DNA of 64,000 bases. Source: Smithella sp. (GTDB taxonomy: Bacteria; Desulfobacterota; Syntrophia; Syntrophales; Smithellaceae). The stretch covers positions 37,018 through 101,017 of the forward strand of contig JBDKUX010000075.1 of NCBI GenBank assembly GCA_039679455.1, given 5' to 3'. Below the pieces are notes generated by a model. The model saw nothing but the letters and a program-made list of their open reading frames with translations, was not told the DNA's origin and ran no database searches. Both the position numbers and the translations under genes were made by a program. Shown one piece after another: positions 58,654 to 64,000 of the stretch (the first letter of the stretch is position 1; the number at the start of each line of letters is the position of its first letter).

Positions 58654-58824
58654 GAGAAGATAGCAATGCATCTGAATCGACAATAACCATATAATGCTCT
58701 CCAATCAAACCCGGATCAGAAGCAATATGGAAGCCAAAAATAATCTTGACATAGTGCTTTATCTTTGAAAGATTACGCAACTTAATCCACTTTATTCCAA
58801 CAAAATGCATTGAGGAGGCGAAAG

Positions 58825-59631
58825 ATGATCGGCAAACAGATTAGGATGGAGCGTATCATGAACCGTGAAAACGGCCGGACGTTAATTGTTCCGATGGACC
58901 ACGGCGTATCGGCAGGCCCCATCCCCGGCCTGGAGGATATGAAAACCGCAATCGGCAAGGTAGTTGACGGCGGCGCCAACGCCATTGTAATTCATAAGGG
59001 CGTTGTTCGCACAGGCCATCGCGGCCGCGGCACTGACGTCGGTTTGATCGTGCATCTGTCCGCCAGTACATCGCTCAGTCCCGATCCCAACTCTAAAGTG
59101 CTCGTCTGCACCGTTGAAGAAGCCATCAAGCTGGGCGCCGACGGCGTATCCATCCATGTGAACATCGGCGCTGATGATGAAAAGGAAATGCTCAAAGACT
59201 TCGGTGAAGTTTCCAAACAATGCCAAACCTGGGGCATGCCGCTTCTGGCCATGATGTATACCCGCGGCAAGAAAATCAAAAGCGAAAGCGACGTCGAAGT
59301 AGTCAAACATGCCGCGCGTGTGGCTGCAGAACTGGGCGCTGATCTCGTCAAGGTCAGTTACACGGGCAGTGCGGAAAGCTTCCGCAGTGTTGTCGAAGGC
59401 TGCGCCGTTCCAGTGCTGATCGCCGGCGGTGAAAAAGCGGAAAATGACTTTGATGTTTTGAAGAATATTAAAAATTGTGTTCTGGCGGGCGGCGGCGGCG
59501 TATCCATCGGCAGAAATGTTTTTCAGCATGAAGACCCCACGCGGATGATCAAGGCCATCAAAGCAATTATTCACGAAGATGTCAGCGTGGAAAAGGCCAT
59601 AGCGATTCTGGAAGGAAAGGCGAAAAAATGA
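58825..59631 (+). CDS. aroA': 2-amino-3,7-dideoxy-D-threo-hept-6-ulosonate (ADH) synthase, DhnA-family aldolase
   Basis: The ATG at 58825 has GAGGAGG upstream. DhnA-type motifs are present: '[12 protein letters not shown]', 'KVSYTG', 'VPVLIAGG' and '[11 protein letters not shown]'. A 4-nt overlap couples it to the DHQ synthase II gene. Confidence 0.75.
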   Translation: MIGKQIRMERIMNRENGRTLIVPMDHGVSAGPIPGLEDMKTAIGKVVDGGANAIVIHKGVVRTGHRGRGTDVGLIVHLSASTSLSPDPNSKVLVCTVEEAIKLGADGVSIHVNIGADDEKEMLKDFGEVSKQCQTWGMPLLAMMYTRGKKIKSESDVEVVKHAARVAAELGADLVKVSYTGSAESFRSVVEGCAVPVLIAGGEKAENDFDVLKNIKNCVLAGGGGVSIGRNVFQHEDPTRMIKAIKAIIHEDVSVEKAIAILEGKAKK

Positions 59632-60623
59632 AACAGGTATGGCTGGACTGCCGGAATTGGAAAAAAGACCTCGTGACGACGGCTATTGAAAGCGGGGTTG
59701 ACGCCGTTCTGGTTAATCGCGAGGATGTAAGTAAAGTGAGAGCCCTGGGGCTCATTACTGTAATATCCGACGCCGATGAAAGCGACCAGAGGCTGGGAAA
59801 AGATGTCCTGGAAATCACCATTAAAAATAAACAAGACGAAGATCGAGTTTCCGCTCTGACCAAGGAAACAGCCATCGTGGAGAGCGAAGACTGGACCATC
59901 ATTCCTTTGGAAAATATCATTGCCCAGGGAGCCAAGGTTGTTTTTCCCGTGACATCCAAAGAAGAGGCTGGAGTAGCTTTGACCATTCTAGAGAAAGGCG
60001 TCTGGGGCGTTCTTATCCGCACGGACAGTCCGGCTGTTGTGAAAGACATCACTTCTTTTGCCAAGGGTATTGGTTCACAATTGGACATTCTTGAATTCAC
60101 AATTAAAGATGTGCAGAAAGTATCGATGGGCGATCGCGTCTGCATCGACACAATCACGGACATGAAACAGGGAGAAGGCATGCTGATCGGCAACTATAGC
60201 AATGCTTTTTTCCTGGTTCATTCGGAAAGCGTCGAAAACCCCTACGTCGAGCCCCGCCCCTTCCGGGTCAATGCCGGGGCGGTTCATGCCTATATTCTGA
60301 TGCCGGGCGGCAAAACGAAATACCTTGACGAACTCAAAACGGGAGACGAAGTTCTGATTGTTAATCAAAAGGGAGAGAGCTTTGTTTCCACGGTAGGCAG
60401 GCTCAAAATCGAAAAGAGACCCATGCTGAACATTGTTGCCGATGTCGGGGGCAAAGAAGTTTCCCTCATCCTGCAAAATGCGGAAACCATTCGCCTGACC
60501 AAACCATCCGGCGAGCCCATATCAGTCGTTAAGCTTTCCAAAGGGGATAAGGTTCTGGGCTATACCGAAGAAGGCGGCAGGCATTTTGGCTTCAAGATTG
60601 AGGAAACCATCAACGAGAAGTGA
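59628..60623 (+). CDS. aroB': 3-dehydroquinate synthase II (archaeal type)
   Basis: The 331-aa ORF carries '[13 protein letters not shown]', '[11 protein letters not shown]' and a C-terminal 'EETINEK'. These match my recollection of the DHQS-II family. Confidence 0.8.
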   Translation: MKQVWLDCRNWKKDLVTTAIESGVDAVLVNREDVSKVRALGLITVISDADESDQRLGKDVLEITIKNKQDEDRVSALTKETAIVESEDWTIIPLENIIAQGAKVVFPVTSKEEAGVALTILEKGVWGVLIRTDSPAVVKDITSFAKGIGSQLDILEFTIKDVQKVSMGDRVCIDTITDMKQGEGMLIGNYSNAFFLVHSESVENPYVEPRPFRVNAGAVHAYILMPGGKTKYLDELKTGDEVLIVNQKGESFVSTVGRLKIEKRPMLNIVADVGGKEVSLILQNAETIRLTKPSGEPISVVKLSKGDKVLGYTEEGGRHFGFKIEETINEK

Positions 60624-60637
60624 TTTTTATCTATAAT

Positions 60638-61705
60638 CTACGGAAGGCGGTCGATTCTTATATCGACCGCCACATTCCCGGCCGCAAATTCAGTACGTTC
60701 ATTGTTTGTCCTGACCATGCCTATATCTTCCATTTGCTGCAAAAAGGCGGCAATGTACCGGGCATCTATTTGAGCCTTGAGAAAGATCGTTTCCCCGCGC
60801 TGCTTCCTTTCCCCAATCCTCGCATTGAACCGGTTAAGACATGCTTCAATTTCCTGCCTGCCCCGATTCGTATCCGGCACCTGGATCGTCAAATTAAGAC
60901 CCACCCTTTTCATGGGGACCGCCTGCGCCGCCGGCAAAGAAGATTTTGCGGACGCCATATCTTTGTTTTCCCTGGCAGCACCACTGACTTCGGCCATTTT
61001 TGATTTCCTTCTTTGCCCGGAGGAAGGCATGGCCGGCATTGTCATCGTTTCCGCTTCTCCTTTGGCAACGCTTTTTTGAGTTTTGGCCATAGCCTCGGTA
61101 TCTCTTGACACCATCGCTGTCGGCCTCTCTTCCTTCAGCGTCGCCGGCAAATTGGCAACTTCTTCCTGTTGAGTCTCTCTGGCGACCGGGGGGGCGGCAA
61201 AGTGCTCGCGTTCCTGTGCCCGTGTAGCCGCAGGAGGTGTTTTCCTGTCTTGTGTTGCCGTGGAAGAAATGGCAGGTTCCCGGAGAATTTCCGGTGTGGC
61301 CTGCTTCTTTGCCGATTCGGTCACAGGCGCGGGCAGCGGCGCCATTTGCTTTACCTCCGGCCCGCTTTTCTGGTAGACCAGGAAGGCAAAAACCACGATG
61401 AAAACAGTAGTCAGAGCCTGGATAGGAATTTTGATGTGCAGGGGGTAAAAGAGCCTACGCCAGACACTCTGTTTCTGCTCTCTCTCTTCTCTGATTGCGG
61501 CCATGATCCTTTGCTCGAAGAAGGGCGGCGGTTCCACCTCGTCGAGATTATGCAGGAGGCTTACTGCTTTGTGCAAATCCGCTATATCCCGACGGCAACC
61601 GGCACATGTATGAAGATGTTCCTCAACACGTCTTTTTTCTTCCGGGGAAAGCACATCTTCCAGATAAGCCGGAAACAAATTATTTATGTCTTTACAAGTA
61701 GTCAT
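60638..61705 (-). CDS. anti-sigma factor (zf-HC2 type), single-pass membrane protein
   Basis: The N-terminal zinc-finger motif is 'HLHTCAGCRRDIADL' and the TM is 'IQALTTVFIVVFAFLVY'. A 4-nt overlap links it to the upstream ECF sigma gene. Confidence 0.8.
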   Translation of the reverse strand: MTTCKDINNLFPAYLEDVLSPEEKRRVEEHLHTCAGCRRDIADLHKAVSLLHNLDEVEPPPFFEQRIMAAIREEREQKQSVWRRLFYPLHIKIPIQALTTVFIVVFAFLVYQKSGPEVKQMAPLPAPVTESAKKQATPEILREPAISSTATQDRKTPPAATRAQEREHFAAPPVARETQQEEVANLPATLKEERPTAMVSRDTEAMAKTQKSVAKGEAETMTMPAMPSSGQRRKSKMAEVSGAARENKDMASAKSSLPAAQAVPMKRVGLNLTIQVPDTNRGRQEIEACLNRFNARIGERKQRGETIFLKAQIDARYIAAFLQQMEDIGMVRTNNERTEFAAGNVAVDIRIDRLP

Positions 61706-62352
61706 CGCAGATCACCGAATATCCTGAGCAGGCCTTCTTTCAAGGCGTTTCTGGCTCTAAAAAGACGGGACTTCACGGTTCCTTCCGGCAGTTTCAACAT
61801 AACCCCGATCTCTTCGTAAGAGTATTCCTGTATATCACGGAGCACAAGGACTTCCCGCTGCTCGCCGTCAAGGGCACTGATGCATACCTGAACGGTTGCA
61901 GCCAGTTCCCTCTTCTCCAACTTTTCAACAATGGATTCCTCGCCGGAACGGACGGTGTTTAGAAGAGTCGCATCCATTATGCCGGTTGACTCATCAAGGG
62001 ACATTTCTTCATTCCTCGAACGGGCGTTTTTTTGCTTGAGATGATTTTTGGCATGATTCAAAACAATACCGCAAAGCCAGGTGGAAAAACGGGCATCGCC
62101 CCGAAATTTGCCTATTGCCCGATAGGCGGAAAGAAATGACTCCTGAACGACGTCGCAGGCCTCATCATAGTCACCGATCATTCTGTAGGCTACATTGAGC
62201 ATTTTCTTCTGATGTCTCCGGACCAGCACCGCAAAGGCGTTTGTATCGCCCCGCTGTGAGCGAGCCACAAAACCGGCATCATCATCCCCGATGATCCGGT
62301 TTCGTGCATCCCTATGAGCAGATATATCCGGCAAAGCGATTCCTCCCGTCAT
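61702..62352 (-). CDS. ECF-type RNA polymerase sigma factor (sigma-70 group 4)
   Basis: I chose the ATG at 62352. The longer track ORF would overlap the upstream gene, which ends at 62409. Region 2 carries 'AFAVLVRRHQKKMLNVAYRMIGDYDEACDVVQESFLSAY' and region 4 carries 'REVLVLRDIQEYSYEEIGVMLKLPEGTVKSRLFRAR'. Confidence 0.85.
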   Translation of the reverse strand: MTGGIALPDISAHRDARNRIIGDDDAGFVARSQRGDTNAFAVLVRRHQKKMLNVAYRMIGDYDEACDVVQESFLSAYRAIGKFRGDARFSTWLCGIVLNHAKNHLKQKNARSRNEEMSLDESTGIMDATLLNTVRSGEESIVEKLEKRELAATVQVCISALDGEQREVLVLRDIQEYSYEEIGVMLKLPEGTVKSRLFRARNALKEGLLRIFGDLR

Positions 62353-62408
62353 GGCCGCAAAGCTACCACGTTGCCCTGCTTTACGCAATGATGGACAGCC
62401 TTCCTTTA

Positions 62409-63257
62409 TCAGAACCGTGACGGCGGAGGAGGAGCGAATCCGGCGTTGTCCCATAAACGATTATGCGGCCGGCAGGGCTTAGGGGCGCAGGATATAACAC
62501 CCAGCTTACAGAGGGTCGAGCGCCACTCATACTTGATGTAGATGTTCTCCACTGCACGCTTTTCCGGTTCAAAACTTACGATCTGTGTAGGGGAATATTC
62601 ATCCCGGCCATAGCCGGTGCCGGCGCTTTCCATCGTCTGTTCCACTGCTGCTTTATCCTTCATCTGCCCGTCCAATGCCCGCGGCGCTGCCGGCGCGGAC
62701 TCTGCTTTACTTGCGGAACCGGCCCTGCTTTCCCTGTGAGGTAAATTAGTAGGAGACTTCCGTAATATATTCACAGGCTGCTCGCAGCGTTTAATTTCCG
62801 GATAGACAGCCACGGCGATGACACCCATGGCGGACTGATCACCGAAAGCGGCGGCATAAGAGTCGGGAACGTCCGTAAAATAAAAGCGATTAACGCGGTC
62901 CTGCGCTGTACGCCATCCCGAAAACTCTCCAGAAGCATACGGTTCCAGGATGTACATGCGCTCGTTATTTTTCAGCCGGGATTTTCCACCGCTGATAATA
63001 TTGCGGCCGTCAACAGCTATGACCAGCCCGATGCGCCGGTCGAGATGGTTTTGCACTTCTATGCGGTAGTGGTCTCCTTTTGTCGCCTCCGCGTATACCT
63101 TGTGTAATCCCCGTTTTATTTTGACCGGGTATACCGGCAGAGAGTGACCATCGTCGGTTGTAATTCTTACTTCAACGGCGTCTCCGATGCCTCCGGCTGA
63201 GGCATTGACGGCAAAAATGGTGATCGCTGCTAAAATGATTATTATGATTTTTTTCAT
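62409..63257 (-). CDS. secreted protein of unknown function, first gene of the ECF operon
   Basis: It has the signal peptide 'MKKIIIIILAAITIFAVNASA' and the RBS AAGGAGG. I recognise no motif. Confidence 0.6.
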   Translation of the reverse strand: MKKIIIIILAAITIFAVNASAGGIGDAVEVRITTDDGHSLPVYPVKIKRGLHKVYAEATKGDHYRIEVQNHLDRRIGLVIAVDGRNIISGGKSRLKNNERMYILEPYASGEFSGWRTAQDRVNRFYFTDVPDSYAAAFGDQSAMGVIAVAVYPEIKRCEQPVNILRKSPTNLPHRESRAGSASKAESAPAAPRALDGQMKDKAAVEQTMESAGTGYGRDEYSPTQIVSFEPEKRAVENIYIKYEWRSTLCKLGVISCAPKPCRPHNRLWDNAGFAPPPPSRF

Positions 63258-63289
63258 TTTCTGTTCCTCCTTAAATTGTCTTTGAAAAC

Positions 63290-63318
63290 TTAGACAACGG
63301 GAGGCTCAAAAAAGTTCC
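63290..63318 (-). promoter_or_regulatory. ECF-type promoter (GGAACTT-N16-GTCTAA)
   Basis: The minus strand reads 'GGGGAACTT ttttgagcctcccgtt GTCTAA'. The -10 element ends ~32 nt upstream of the ATG at 63257. This matches the classic ECF -35 'GGAAC' and -10 'TCTAA-like' pattern. Confidence 0.5.
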
Positions 63319-63540
63319 CCAAAATATATTTTTTTATTCATCCTCCCGATGCGGGTAGTGCAAAAGAAATCGGCCGGAAATAAATAATTGATATATCAAG
63401 ATGTTTGATATAGATTACAGATTAAATTACACTTTTTTAAATTACTATATCAGCGGTGCTTAAAGAAGAAAAACAAACTTTAAGAACCGCCATTGGCAGC
63501 AATTGAAGACGCCGACCTGCTCTATTGGAGAGGCATTACT

Positions 63541-64000
63541 TTGAATAATGAAGAACGAATAATAATTAAGCTGAGCATCAACAGCTTCAGGGTCAAGGTG
63601 ATGTTGGCTTTGATCCTGTCCATGATTCTTCTGGTCGTAATCAGCGGATTTCTCCTGAACAAATCAGCCTGGAAGGGGCAACTCAAACAACTCCGCAACC
63701 AATTGTTGACAGTTGCCCAGATTTCGGCACTGTCTGTTGATGCCGATCTTCTGAAACGGATTCCCTGCAACCGGGATGGCATCAACACTATTCCTTACAA
63801 GCGTATAGACGAGCATCTGAAGGCAATTCTCCATTCCAACAATACTATAAAAGATATTTATATTATGACTAAGACCGAACAGGAAGGTACATGGCAATTT
63901 ATTGCGGATATTGATACACCCAATACAACTAAAGAAAGGCCCAAAGCGGCCTTTCCCGGAGATCGTTATAATGCGGCACGTTTTCCTCAGATGTTGAAGG
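63541..64000 (+). CDS. sensor protein N-terminus (TM plus extracytoplasmic Cache-like domain), truncated by the window end
   Basis: This open frame has no stop before the window end, so it is absent from the ORF track. The TTG at 63541 has GGAGAGG 8 nt upstream; an alternative ATG lies at 63601. The TM is 'VMLALILSMILLVVISGFLL', followed by 'IKDIYIMTKTEQEGTWQFIADID'. Confidence 0.45.
   Translation, partial: MNNEERIIIKLSINSFRVKVMLALILSMILLVVISGFLLNKSAWKGQLKQLRNQLLTVAQISALSVDADLLKRIPCNRDGINTIPYKRIDEHLKAILHSNNTIKDIYIMTKTEQEGTWQFIADIDTPNTTKERPKAAFPGDRYNAARFPQMLK

Noticed and set aside
58882-60476. Minus-strand ORFs of 230, 203 and 133 aa lie opposite aroA'/aroB'.
   Set aside because: They are antisense to two genes with strong family motifs and a coupled start/stop.
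61169-61819. A 216-aa plus-strand ORF lies opposite the anti-sigma and sigma genes.
   Set aside because: The minus-strand frames contain the zf-HC2 and sigma region 2/4 motifs. The plus-strand ORF is Arg/Cys-rich shadow sequence.
1-64000. I searched by eye for CRISPR arrays, tRNA/rRNA genes, reverse transcriptase/retron/DGR modules, and integrase or att sites.
   Set aside because: I saw no regularly spaced direct repeats, no cloverleaf-like or rRNA-like segments in the intergenic regions, and no RT or integrase ORF in the six-frame track. Dedicated tools (tRNAscan-SE, Infernal, CRISPRCasFinder) would be needed to exclude small RNAs formally.

Overview
This looks like a chromosomal segment from an anaerobic, Desulfobacterota-like bacterium. 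That placement is inferred from gene content only: archaeal-type AroA'/AroB' shikimate entry, a V/A-type ATPase operon and a multi-PAS hybrid kinase. I saw no rRNA or tRNA gene to confirm it. Left to right the window holds: a minus-strand RND efflux operon (TolC-like OMP, MFP, AcrB-like pump); a lipoprotein; an LsrF-like aldolase plus a Zn-alcohol dehydrogenase; a frameshift-decayed IS4-family element; and a small nucleotidyltransferase gene pair. Next comes a ~9-kb six-gene cluster: Ser/Thr kinase with a cNMP-binding domain, SLOG/LOG-like protein, TIR-patatin fusion, calcineurin-like phosphoesterase, CHAT protease, and TIR-TM-TPR. Related GC-rich hairpin repeats bracket it. This cluster is one of my two top candidates for an undescribed system, here a nucleotide-signalling conflict or anti-phage system. 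After it come a divergent class-A PBP-like protein, hisC, a nine-gene V-type ATPase operon, a secreted beta-carbonic anhydrase, a multi-PAS hybrid histidine kinase and an acyl-CoA synthetase. The second top candidate is a ~17-19 kb co-directional operon. It encodes four large proteins with no recognisable motifs (1044, 481, ~379 and 1392 aa), a Kelch protein, a secreted beta-propeller, two membrane-anchored phage tail-collar proteins and a secreted glycine-rich protein. The window ends with aroA'/aroB', an ECF sigma/anti-sigma operon with a recognisable ECF-type promoter, and a truncated sensor gene. I saw no CRISPR array. All domain calls come from motifs read in the translated ORFs; no database search was run.
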